Below are positions 27,657-36,362 of a DNA stretch of 64,000 nucleotides, one piece after another. The DNA is from Vicinamibacterales bacterium (GTDB taxonomy: Bacteria; Acidobacteriota; Vicinamibacteria; Vicinamibacterales; UBA8438), in the NCBI GenBank assembly GCA_965200475.1, contig CBDAUL010000007.1, forward strand, positions 242,516 through 306,515, in the 5' to 3' direction. The position numbers were made by a program, and so were the translations under genes. Position 1 is the first letter of the stretch. Every line of letters begins with the position of its first letter. The notes below the pieces were generated by a model that saw nothing but the letters and a program-made list of their open reading frames with translations, did not search any database and had not been told where the DNA came from.

Positions 27657-28169
27657 CTACTCGTAGTAGCGCTTGTACAGCCCGCGCCGGAACAGGAAGC
27701 CGCCCAGCGGGCCGAGCCAGCCCAGGACGTGGTACATGTAGCGGAGGTCGGTCAGCTCGATCAGGTTGCCGTCCGGATCGCGGACGAAGAACAGCGTGTG
27801 GCCGCGGGGCGAGCGCTCCGGCGGGCAGACGCATTCCACGCCCCTGGCGACGAGGTGGTCGTACCAGCGCTGCGTGTTGCGCACGTTGAAGCAGATGTGG
27901 GTCAGGCCGACGCGGTTCCACGGCACCTCGATCGGCGGCTGGCGCGGCTCGAACCCGAATATCTCGATGACCGCGCCGCCCGGGACGCGGATCCACCCGA
28001 TCTTGCACGACGGCGCCTCGGCGTCGACGCCGAAGAAGCCGCGCACCCGCTCGACGGGCGCGTCCGAGACGCCCACCAGCGGGCAGCCGAAGACCTCCCA
28101 GTAGAACTTCACGGCCGCGTTGAAGTCGGACACGGTGATGCCGGTGTGGCTGAACGATCGGACCTTCAC
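27657..28169 (-). CDS. VOC/glyoxalase-family protein
   Basis: A GTG start (GGAGAG RBS) overlaps the GMC stop as GTGA. Motifs SHTGITVSDFNAAVKFYWEVFG and THICFNV..HTLFFVRDPDGNLIEL. Confidence 0.8.
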   Translation of the reverse strand: MKVRSFSHTGITVSDFNAAVKFYWEVFGCPLVGVSDAPVERVRGFFGVDAEAPSCKIGWIRVPGGAVIEIFGFEPRQPPIEVPWNRVGLTHICFNVRNTQRWYDHLVARGVECVCPPERSPRGHTLFFVRDPDGNLIELTDLRYMYHVLGWLGPLGGFLFRRGLYKRYYE

Positions 28170-29692
28170 GGGGCTCTCCTCAAGTCGGTGGCGACGATAT
28201 GGTCGGCGACCCGCAGCGCCTGCGCCGCGATGGTCAGGCCGGGGTTGACGGCGGCCGACGACGGAAAGAAGGACGCGTCGACGACGAACAGGTTCTCGAT
28301 GTCGTGGGCGCGGCACCAGGGATCGAGCACCGACTCGCGCGGGTCGGTGCCGAAGCAGAGCGTGCCGCACTGGTGGGTCGTGTTCTTCTGCTCGTGCGAG
28401 TGGCGCATCACCAGCCAGCAGCCCAGGCGCCGCAGGATGCGCCGCATCTCGGCGACCAGCCGCCGGTGGGCGCCGCGGTTGTCGGGCCGGTAGCGCAGGC
28501 GGATGCGGCCGTCGGGCTCGACGGTGACGCGGTTGTCCGGCCGCGGGAGGTCCTCGGTCAGCGCCAGCCAGTCCACGCCGCGCGCCACCCAGGCGTCGTA
28601 CGCCCACAACGGAATCCAGGGCGCGACGGTCTGCGCCATGACGCCGTGGGTGCGGCCCTGCGACTGGATCTGGCCCAGCGGGTAGGCGGTGTCCGGGCCG
28701 CGCAGGTAGAAGTCGTTGATGGCGACGGTCTTCTGGAACACGGCCCGGTTGCGCCGCAGCGGATGGAAGCCCTGCATCATGGTGGCGAGATGCGCCATGT
28801 AGCGCGCGCCGACCAGCCCGGACGAGTTGGCCAGCCCAAGGGGATGCCTGTCGCTGGCCGAGCGGAGCAGCAGCGCGGCAGAGTTGACCGCGCCGCACGA
28901 GACCGCCACCAGCGGCGCCCGCGCGCGGACGATCTCTCCGTTGCGCTCCACCTCCACCGCCGCAATCCGCCGGCCGGCGGCGTCGGTGAGCAGCCGGCGC
29001 GCCCGCGCGTTGGTCCACAGGGTCACGTTGTCGCGCGCGAGGAGCGGACGGACGCAGCAGCTCTCCGCCTCGCTCTTGGCGTGGCGCTGGCAGGGGAACG
29101 AGTTGCACGTGTTGCAGAGGATGCAGCCGTCTGGCGCTCCCGGCCGCCGCAGGCCCAGCGGCAGGGGCGACGGATGGAGACCCTGCTCGCGCAGCCGCTC
29201 GACCACCTCCGCGATCTCGTCCGCGTGCGGAATCGGCGGGTGGGGGAACGGGCCGCGCGGCGGCTCGGTCGGATCGTGGCCCCGCTCGCCGTGCACCTCG
29301 TACAGCCGCTCGGCGCGGTCGTAGTACGGCGCGAGCGTCTCGTAGTCGATCGGCCAGGCGGGCGAGAGCCCGTCGGCGTGCTCGGTCGCCTCGAAGTCCG
29401 CCTTGCGCAGCCGGTAGAGCACGCTGCCCCAGAACTTGGTGTTGCCGCCCACGCAGTAGTGCGTGTACGGGCGAAACTCCCGGCCGGCGGCGTCCAGCCA
29501 GCGCTCCGTCGTGCGGTAGCGCAGCTCCTTCCACACCGCGGCGGGGTCCCAGTTCTGCGGCTCGCGGGGAACGAAATCGCCGCGTTCGACAATCAGGATG
29601 TGCGCCGCGGTCGGCGCGAGCGCCTGCGCCAGCGTGCCGCCGCCGGCGCCGGAGCCGATGATGATGACGTCGCAGGTGTAGTCGCCAGGCAC
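28166..29692 (-). CDS. GMC family FAD oxidoreductase
   Basis: N-terminal DVIIIGSGAGGGTLAQAL (GxGxxG) and a C-terminal substrate domain (HQCGTLCFG.DP...VLD..CRAHDIENLFVVDASFFPS). Confidence 0.85.
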   Translation of the reverse strand: MPGDYTCDVIIIGSGAGGGTLAQALAPTAAHILIVERGDFVPREPQNWDPAAVWKELRYRTTERWLDAAGREFRPYTHYCVGGNTKFWGSVLYRLRKADFEATEHADGLSPAWPIDYETLAPYYDRAERLYEVHGERGHDPTEPPRGPFPHPPIPHADEIAEVVERLREQGLHPSPLPLGLRRPGAPDGCILCNTCNSFPCQRHAKSEAESCCVRPLLARDNVTLWTNARARRLLTDAAGRRIAAVEVERNGEIVRARAPLVAVSCGAVNSAALLLRSASDRHPLGLANSSGLVGARYMAHLATMMQGFHPLRRNRAVFQKTVAINDFYLRGPDTAYPLGQIQSQGRTHGVMAQTVAPWIPLWAYDAWVARGVDWLALTEDLPRPDNRVTVEPDGRIRLRYRPDNRGAHRRLVAEMRRILRRLGCWLVMRHSHEQKNTTHQCGTLCFGTDPRESVLDPWCRAHDIENLFVVDASFFPSSAAVNPGLTIAAQALRVADHIVATDLRRAP

Positions 29693-29695
29693 GGT

Positions 29696-30673
29696 CTACG
29701 GAGGCGGGGCGCAGATCTGTTCCATGAGGCGCTGGTCCGCCATGGCCGTCTCCAGGCTCATCTCCGGCGTCCGCCCGGTGCGGATCGACGCGGCGAAGTC
29801 GCGGTACATCGCGCGGTAGCCGCGGATGTCGCGCACGCCGGGCCACAGCAGCCGGGGCCGGCCGCGGCCGCGCACCAGCACGAAGGCCCCGTTCGACTCG
29901 AAGGTGATGATGCCGCGCCGGCCGAGCAGTTTCGAGAGACGCAGCCCGCGCAGCAGCGAGGGCACCTCGCGCGAGTAGTAGAGCGTGCCGACCGCGCCGT
30001 TGTCGTAGGTGAAGGCGGCCAGCATGCTCTTGGCGCGCGTGTCCGGACCGCGGCGCGCCGGCCGCGGCCGGTAGCCCCGGGCCGACACTATCGCGGGGCC
30101 GAGGCTGTTGGCCAGATGCAGCCAGTGGATGCCCTCCTCGAAGAAGGCGTCGCCGCCGGCCAGCTCCTCGTCGTTGCGCCAGTCGTCGGCGGCCTTGAGG
30201 CGGTGCGCCAGCGTGTTGAACTGGGCGAACACCATCTCGCCGATGGCCTCCTCGCGCAGCAGGCGGCGCAGGCAAACGGCCAGCGGCTTGTAGTGGTCGT
30301 TCTCGCCGACGAGGACCACGCGTCCGGCGCGGTCCCGGGCGGCGCACACCCGCCGGTAGTCGTCCAGCGCGAGATAGGCCGGCTTCTCGACCAGCACGTG
30401 CTTGCCGGCGTCGAGCGCCCGCAGCGTGAGGTCGAGGTGCCAGCGCGGCGGCACCGCGATGACCACCGCCTCGACGTCCGGGTCGGCGAGGGCGGCCTCG
30501 TAGCCCCCGTAGCTGCGAAACCCGCCGTACCGCCGCCGGAGGGCCTCGGCCCGGTCCCGGTCGCGGCTGGCGTAGCCCGGCAGGATGTCCTGGCGGCAGC
30601 GACGCAGGTGGCGGCTGTGCACCCCCGTGATGAATCCGCACCCCAGATGGACGATCCGCACCGGCGCCGGCAC
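29696..30673 (-). CDS. Gfo/Idh/MocA family NAD(P) oxidoreductase
   Basis: Rossmann start VRIVHLGCGFI and the EKP motif HVLVEKPAY. It lies 4 nt upstream of the GMC gene. Confidence 0.85.
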   Translation of the reverse strand: MPAPVRIVHLGCGFITGVHSRHLRRCRQDILPGYASRDRDRAEALRRRYGGFRSYGGYEAALADPDVEAVVIAVPPRWHLDLTLRALDAGKHVLVEKPAYLALDDYRRVCAARDRAGRVVLVGENDHYKPLAVCLRRLLREEAIGEMVFAQFNTLAHRLKAADDWRNDEELAGGDAFFEEGIHWLHLANSLGPAIVSARGYRPRPARRGPDTRAKSMLAAFTYDNGAVGTLYYSREVPSLLRGLRLSKLLGRRGIITFESNGAFVLVRGRGRPRLLWPGVRDIRGYRAMYRDFAASIRTGRTPEMSLETAMADQRLMEQICAPPP

Positions 30674-30810
30674 GCGTCAATTATCCCCGAGGCTGACCGA
30701 GGAATGGCAGTTGTCCACCGCGAAGAGGAGGGCCCGAGCCGCACGGCGACCGCCGGGGCCCACCCGACGCGCGTTGCCTCCCAACGCCATCTGAACGATA
30801 CTAGGACCCT

Positions 30811-31145
30811 GCGCCGCGTGTCGGCGCAGAGTCCGCAAGCCGCGCACGGCGCGCCTCGGCGGGAGCGGCGCGCGGCTATGGGGTTCCCGCAAGCGGACGC
30901 CGCGGGTTCGGGGCAACGCCCCGTCCGCTTGCAGCGCCGGCGCAGCCGGCGCAAGCCGCGCACGGCGCGCCTCGGGGCGAAGGGGTCCGCGAGCGGATGC
31001 CGGGGGCTCGAGGCATCGCCCCGTCCGATTGCAGCGTCGGCGCAGCCGGCGCAAGGCGCGCACGGCGCGCCTCGGCGGGAGTGGCGCGGGGCTATGGGGT
31101 CCCCGCAAACGGACGCCGGGGGCTTGGGGCGCAGCCCCATCTGAA
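30811..31145 (+). repeat. three tandem copies of a ~100-120-bp GC-rich REP-like intergenic element
   Basis: Units run approximately 30811-30932, 30933-31032 and 31033-31145. Each contains GCGCACGGCGCGCCTCGG and a GGGG(T)CCCCGCAAxCGG .. GGGGCGCAGCCCC hairpin-rich tail ending (C/A)TCTGA or TTGCA. Related single copies lie at 34431, 38711 and 44262. Confidence 0.7.
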
Positions 31146-31170
31146 TTTCGTCACGCAGGGAGGTTTTCAG

Positions 31171-32181
31171 ATGCACAGCCGATATCTCGTGGGGTTGGCG
31201 GCGGCGGTGGCCGTCGTCGTGCTGACGCCGGCGCAGGCGGCCGCGCAGGCGGACGACGCGTCGTGGATGGCGCCGCGGACGCCGTTCGGGCATCCGGACC
31301 TGCAGGGGATCTGGTCGAACAACAGCGCCACCCCGATGCAGCGGCCGGAGATCCTGGCGGAGCGGAGCGAGCTCACCGACGAGGAGCTGGCGCAACTGCA
31401 GCAGACGGTGGCCGAGTTCCGCGACAACGAGCAGGCGGGCGACCTGCTCGGCGACCGGCTGTTCCAGCAGGCGCTCGGCAACTCCACGTACAACGACTTC
31501 GACGTCGTCACGGGCAACTACAACGCGTTCTGGCTGGTGGAGCGGCAGCTCGACAACCGCACGTCGCTCATCGTCGATCCGCCGAACGGCCGCTTCCCGC
31601 CGATGACCCCGGCGGCGCGGCAGCGGGCCGCGGAGCGGCAGGCCTACGTGCGCGATCATCCCTCCGACGGGCCCGAGGACCGGACCCTGGGCGACCGCTG
31701 CCTGCACTTCGGCGCGCCGCGCCTGGGCGCCGGCTACAACAGCTACTTCCACATCCTGCAGACCGCCGATCACGTCACGATCCTGCAGGAGATGGGGCAC
31801 GAGGCGCGCGTCATCCCGCTGGACGGCCGGCCGCACGTCGACGACGACATCCGCCTGTGGAACGGCAACGCCCGCGGCCGTTGGGAGGGCGACACACTGG
31901 TCGTCGAGACGGCCAACTTCTCGCCGCAGGCCCGCTACCAGGGGGGCAGCGAGCATCTCCGGATGGTCGAGCGGTTCACCCGGATTGCCCCCGGCACGAT
32001 CCGGCACGAGGTGACGCTGGACGACCCGACCACCTGGACCCAGCCGTGGACGGTCATGATCTACCTCAGGCAGACCGAGGACCCGCTCTTCGAGTACGCC
32101 TGCCACGAGGGGAACTACGCGATGCCGGGCATCCTCGCCGGCGCGCGCGCGGAAGAGGCGGCAGCGGCAGGCTCCGAGTAG
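31171..32181 (+). CDS. secreted protein, paralogue 4 of the PDLQGxW...EYACHEGN family
   Basis: The ATG at residue 59 of ORF 30997-32181 has a GGGAGG RBS. Signal peptide LVGLAAAVAVVVLTPAQAAAQA. Blocks GHPDLQGIW, MQRP, LTDEEL, SLIVDPPNGRFPPMTP, DRCL, VIPLDGRPH, WEGDTLVVETANF and FEYACHEGNYAMPGIL. Confidence 0.8.
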   Translation: MHSRYLVGLAAAVAVVVLTPAQAAAQADDASWMAPRTPFGHPDLQGIWSNNSATPMQRPEILAERSELTDEELAQLQQTVAEFRDNEQAGDLLGDRLFQQALGNSTYNDFDVVTGNYNAFWLVERQLDNRTSLIVDPPNGRFPPMTPAARQRAAERQAYVRDHPSDGPEDRTLGDRCLHFGAPRLGAGYNSYFHILQTADHVTILQEMGHEARVIPLDGRPHVDDDIRLWNGNARGRWEGDTLVVETANFSPQARYQGGSEHLRMVERFTRIAPGTIRHEVTLDDPTTWTQPWTVMIYLRQTEDPLFEYACHEGNYAMPGILAGARAEEAAAAGSE

Positions 32182-32275
32182 CCCGCCGCCAGCCGTCGGG
32201 GCGGGACGGCCGCTGCCGGCTCCGCTGGCCGTCCAACCCTGGCGGCTGGCCGGCCCTCCGGGAATCCGCGCCGAT

Positions 32276-34369
32276 CTACGGCGCGGATTCCTGCGGCAGC
32301 GCGAGCGCGATCAGCTCCGGCGGCGCGCCGCCGACGGTCAGGGCGATGTACTGCCTGCCGTCCAGCAGGTACGTCATCGGCGCTCCCAGCGCCCCGCTCG
32401 GCAGATCCACCGACGCGAGCTCGGCTCCCGTGGCCTTGTCGTAGGCCACGAAGCGCGGGCCGCCGTCGCTGCCGCCGACCGACAGTGCGAGCATCAGCAG
32501 CGTCTTCGTCACGAGCGGCCCGCTCCGGCCCCAGTCGCCGCCGACCGGCGGCAGGTCCAGGTCGCGCAGCAGCGGGTGGTTTCGAATGCGGTCGCCGTTG
32601 CCGGTCGGAACCATCCAGGCGTGCTCGCCCGTGTTCATGTCGATTGCCGTCATGCGCGTGTACGGCGGCTTGAACAGCGGCAGGCCCTGCGGCATCTGCG
32701 GCAGATCGCGCCCGCCGTTGCCCGCCAGCATCACGTCCTCGGGCGCCCCGTGCGTGAAGCGCAGGTTGCCGCCCTGGCCTTCCGGGCTGTAGAAGCGGAC
32801 CACCGTCGAGTGATTGGTCGACGGCACGTAGAGCAGGCCGGTCTCCGGGTCGACCGCGGCCCCCGACCAGCTCGCCGCGCCGGCGCCGGGCGGCCGGAAC
32901 AGCGTGCCGCGCGTCACGCCTGCCACGGCGCGGTCCGGCGGCGTGAACAGCGGCCCGAGCCGGAACCCGTCCACCGCCTCGATCGCCATGGCCCGAATCT
33001 GGGGCGTGAAGTCGACCAGGTCGTCGATGGTCACGCCCTGGTACTCGAACGGCGCCGGCCGCGTCGGGAACGGCTGCGTGGGCGACGGCACCTCGCCGGG
33101 CATGTTGGTCTCGGTCGGGACGGGACGCTCCTCGATGGGCCAGATCGGCTCGCCCGTGACGCGGTCGAACGCGTAGAGGAAGCCCTGCTTGCTGACCTGC
33201 GCCAGCGCCCTGATCGGGCGCCCGTCGACGACCACGTCGAGCAGGTTGGGGGCGGCGGGGAAGTCGTAGTCCCAGAGCCCGTGGTGCACGGCCTGGAAGT
33301 GCCACACCTTGCGGCCGGTCTCGACGTCCACGCTGACGATGCTCTCGGCGAACAGGTTGTCGCCGAGCCGGTGACCGCCGTAGTAGTCGTTCGTGGGCGT
33401 GCCGGTCGGCAGGTAGACGTAGCCGAGATCGTCATCGCCGCTCAGCATCGACCAGACGTTGGCGTTGCCGGAGTAGCGCCACGAGTCGTTCAGCCAGGTC
33501 TCGACCCCCTCCTCGCCCTCCTGCGGCACCGTGTGGAAGTCCCACTTGTGCTCCCCGGTGCGGACATCCCAGGCGCGGACCCAGCCCGGAACGGCCTCCT
33601 GCATGATGCGCCGGTCGGCGATCGAGGAGCCGTGGATGACGACGTCGCGCACGACCACCGGCGGCGACTGCACCGAGTACAGCATGGCGTTCAGATAGTC
33701 GCGCTCGTTGCGGTCCGCGCGCGGCAGGCCGACGGTGAGGTCGACCCGGCCGCCGTCGCCGAAGCCGGCGCAGGGCAGGCCGGTCTTCGCCTCCGCGCAG
33801 ATGAGATAGCCGTTGCCGGTGCCCCAGAAGATGCGCTGGTCCGTGCCGTCGGTCCAGTAGGCGACGCCCCGTTGCCGCCACGTGACGGTCATGGTCGTGG
33901 TGCCTTCCTCGTAGCTCTTCGGGTTGTGGACCCAGAGCGTCTCGCCGGTGCGGGCATCGATCGCGACCCCCTGCGACAGCGCGGTGTTGAGGTAGAGGAC
34001 ACCGTCGACCATCAGCGGCGTGGCCTGCATCGACGAGATGCGCGGCGTGTTCCCCCGGCGGTACAGGTCCGGGTTCTGCGCCTCGAGGTACTCGACGATG
34101 TTCGGCAGGCTGGATGACCATTCCCCGCCGCCTGCCGTCGAGGTGCTGACGTAGGCGTCGGCCGATTGCCAGCGCCAGGCGACCTCGAGGTCGCCGAAGT
34201 TGTCCGGGTCGATCTGCTCGAGCGGCGAGTACTTCGTGCTGCCCGCGTCCGCGGCGTAGCTGTGCCACTCACCGCCGGTTGCGCCCTGCTGGGCGGCGGC
34301 GGGAGCGACCGCGGCGCCCAAGCCTGCCAGGCAGGCGAGCGCGATGACGATGTAGGAACTGCATCTCAT
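32276..34369 (-). CDS. PQQ-dependent dehydrogenase, soluble glucose/quinate type (paralogue B of 8017-9972)
   Basis: The ATG at residue 27 of ORF 32276-34447 has a GAGGA RBS. Signal peptide IVIALACLAGLGAAVAPAAAQQ. Blocks GGEWHSYAADAGSTKYSPLEQI, AIDARTGETLWVH, LGYVYLPT and HHGLWDYD. Confidence 0.9.
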   Translation of the reverse strand: MRCSSYIVIALACLAGLGAAVAPAAAQQGATGGEWHSYAADAGSTKYSPLEQIDPDNFGDLEVAWRWQSADAYVSTSTAGGGEWSSSLPNIVEYLEAQNPDLYRRGNTPRISSMQATPLMVDGVLYLNTALSQGVAIDARTGETLWVHNPKSYEEGTTTMTVTWRQRGVAYWTDGTDQRIFWGTGNGYLICAEAKTGLPCAGFGDGGRVDLTVGLPRADRNERDYLNAMLYSVQSPPVVVRDVVIHGSSIADRRIMQEAVPGWVRAWDVRTGEHKWDFHTVPQEGEEGVETWLNDSWRYSGNANVWSMLSGDDDLGYVYLPTGTPTNDYYGGHRLGDNLFAESIVSVDVETGRKVWHFQAVHHGLWDYDFPAAPNLLDVVVDGRPIRALAQVSKQGFLYAFDRVTGEPIWPIEERPVPTETNMPGEVPSPTQPFPTRPAPFEYQGVTIDDLVDFTPQIRAMAIEAVDGFRLGPLFTPPDRAVAGVTRGTLFRPPGAGAASWSGAAVDPETGLLYVPSTNHSTVVRFYSPEGQGGNLRFTHGAPEDVMLAGNGGRDLPQMPQGLPLFKPPYTRMTAIDMNTGEHAWMVPTGNGDRIRNHPLLRDLDLPPVGGDWGRSGPLVTKTLLMLALSVGGSDGGPRFVAYDKATGAELASVDLPSGALGAPMTYLLDGRQYIALTVGGAPPELIALALPQESAP

Positions 34370-34430
34370 TGGGAATCCTCGTGAAGAGTGTCGGTTGCGG
34401 CGCCGAAACCGCCGCCCATTGTCACAGAGT

Positions 34431-34553
34431 TGGCGCAACGCCAGCAAGTAGAGCCCAAGGTGCGCACGGCGCGCCTCGGCGGGCGCGGCGCGGGGCTGTG
34501 GGGTCCCCGCAAGCGGCTGACGGGGGCTCGGGGCGCAGCCCCGTCTGATTGAA
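34431..34553 (+). repeat. REP-like element, single full copy
   Basis: ..CAAGGTGCGCACGGCGCGCCTCGGCGGGCGCGGCGCGGGGCTGTGGGGTCCCCGCAAGCGGCTGACGGGGGCTCGGGGCGCAGCCCCGTCTGATTGAAG. It lies between the PQQ dehydrogenase start and the rhodanese stop. Confidence 0.65.
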
Positions 34554-34555
34554 GC

Positions 34556-35107
34556 TCAGGGCGCCGGGGCGTCCGGTGCGAACGCCCACAGCGGCCGGGG
34601 CAGCAGCGCGCCCCAGGCGTCGTCGTAGGGATGGACCTGCGCGACGCGGGCGGCGCCCCGATACACGGGCCGGCCCTCGGCGGCCCAGCGGAAGATGGAT
34701 CCCTCGAGGTTGACCGCGTTCACGTGGCCCATGCCGCGCAGTCGCTCGATCAGCGCCGCCGAGCGGTAGCCGACCGAGCAGTAGACGACGAGGGTGGTCC
34801 CCGGCGCCGCCGCGGCGAGCCGGGTCGCCGCGGCGGCATCCGAACCGACGTGATGCGCGCCCGGCAGATGGCTGACCGCGAACTCTCCGGCAGCGCGGGC
34901 ATCGAGCAGCACGACGCCGGCCGGGTCGGCGGCCAGTCGCTCGGCCAGCTCCCGCGTCGTCAGGCCGGGGACGTCCGGGAATTCGTCCGCGATCATCCGC
35001 TCGACGGCGCTCCAGTCGAGCGCGCGGGGGGCGCAACCCGAGACGGCGAGCAGCAGGGCGAGGCCGGCTGCCGCACGCCACGCCGCGGGTCCCCGCTGCG
35101 CCCTCAC
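34556..35107 (-). CDS. rhodanese-domain lipoprotein (sulfurtransferase-like)
   Basis: 183 codons counted from the stop. The GTG start overlaps the M20D stop (GTGA). Lipobox LLLAVSGC and active-site loop YCSVGYRS. Confidence 0.8.
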   Translation of the reverse strand: MRAQRGPAAWRAAAGLALLLAVSGCAPRALDWSAVERMIADEFPDVPGLTTRELAERLAADPAGVVLLDARAAGEFAVSHLPGAHHVGSDAAAATRLAAAAPGTTLVVYCSVGYRSAALIERLRGMGHVNAVNLEGSIFRWAAEGRPVYRGAARVAQVHPYDDAWGALLPRPLWAFAPDAPAP

Positions 35108-36306
35108 GCCGTCTCCGCCGCGCTCGCACCGCCGGCCGACTTCAGGCCGGTTGCGGCCTCGCGCACGACGCGCTCGTAGAAGCGGGCGCCGACCTTCAGC
35201 GCCTGCTCGTCGACGTCGAAGCGCGGGCTGTGAAGGGGGATGTACTCGCCGTCGGAGCCGCGCGTGCCGATGCGGACGTAGCAGCCGGGGATGTCGTGCA
35301 GGTAGTACGAGAAGTCCTCGGCGCCCATGCTCGGATACTCCTGCTCGACGACGGCCTCGGGGCCGACGACGTGCTGCGCCGCGCGGTGCGCGATGGCGGT
35401 CTCGCGGTCGGTGTTGACAACCGGCGGCGACCATTCGCCCATCGTCACCGCGATCTCGGCGTTGTGCAGGTGCGCCAGCGAGTTCGCGATGCGGTGCAGG
35501 CCGTCGACGATTTGCCGGCGCGCCTCGGCGCGCGTGGTGCGGATGGTGCCTTCGAGCACGGCGTCCTCGGCGATGATGTTCGGGGCGCTGCCGGCGCGCA
35601 CCGAGCCGATGGTGACGACCGACGGGAACGCCGGGTTGATCGCGCGGGACACCAGGGTCTGGACGGTGGTGATCAGGATGCCCGCGATGACGACCGCGTC
35701 GATCGCCTCGTGGGGCCGCGCGCCGTGCCCGCCCCGGCCGCGCACGCGTATCGTGAAGCGGTCGGCGCGCGCGGTAATCGTGCCGCGCGAGACCATGATC
35801 TCGCCCAGCTCGTAGTGATGCGTGACGTGGCCCGCGAAGATGGCCTCGGCGCGGGCGAGCAGGCCCGAGCGCATCATGACGAGGGAACCGTTGCCGCGCT
35901 CTTCCGCCGGCTGGAACACGAGCAGGGCGGTGGCGGCCGCCGGGGAGGCGCGCAGCAACGCGGCGGCGCCCAGCAGCATGGCCATGTGGGCGTCGTGTCC
36001 GCAGGCGTGCATCCGGTCCGGCGCCTCGGACGCGAACGCCAGCGCCGTCCGCTCGGCGCAGGGCAGGGCATCCATTTCGGCGCGCAGCGCGACGGTCGGG
36101 CCCTGGCGGTCGGTCCCGGCCAGGCGGCCGACCACGCCGCCGCCGGCCCCGCCGTACTCGTGGGGAATCTCCAGCCGGTCGAGCTCCGCCATGATGACGC
36201 GCGCGGTCTCGACCTCCTCGAACGAGAGCTCCGGGTGCCGGTGGAAGTGGCGGCGAAGATCGACCATGCGTCGAAACGTGTCGTCGGGGAGTGCTGGAAT
36301 CGTCAC
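35104..36306 (-). CDS. M20D-family amidohydrolase (N-acyl-amino-acid/hippurate hydrolase type)
   Basis: 400 codons counted from the stop, with a GTG start and GGAGAG RBS. Motifs LRRHFHRHPELSFEE, ALRAEMDALP, HACGHDAH, FQPAEE and HSPRFDVDE. Confidence 0.85.
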   Translation of the reverse strand: MTIPALPDDTFRRMVDLRRHFHRHPELSFEEVETARVIMAELDRLEIPHEYGGAGGGVVGRLAGTDRQGPTVALRAEMDALPCAERTALAFASEAPDRMHACGHDAHMAMLLGAAALLRASPAAATALLVFQPAEERGNGSLVMMRSGLLARAEAIFAGHVTHHYELGEIMVSRGTITARADRFTIRVRGRGGHGARPHEAIDAVVIAGILITTVQTLVSRAINPAFPSVVTIGSVRAGSAPNIIAEDAVLEGTIRTTRAEARRQIVDGLHRIANSLAHLHNAEIAVTMGEWSPPVVNTDRETAIAHRAAQHVVGPEAVVEQEYPSMGAEDFSYYLHDIPGCYVRIGTRGSDGEYIPLHSPRFDVDEQALKVGARFYERVVREAATGLKSAGGASAAETA

Positions 36307-36362
36307 GTGTTCATTCTCTCCGATCGGTCCCGGCCGCGGACAGCGAGCCGCCGGCGCCGGGA

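Noticed and set aside
30811-31145. A possible CRISPR array (tandem GC-rich repeats); the 21-bp array at 43987-44091 was considered too.
   Set aside because: The units are 100-120 bp and abut each other with no unique spacers. The 21-bp array is in frame inside a CDS and also has no spacers. No cas genes are present in the window.
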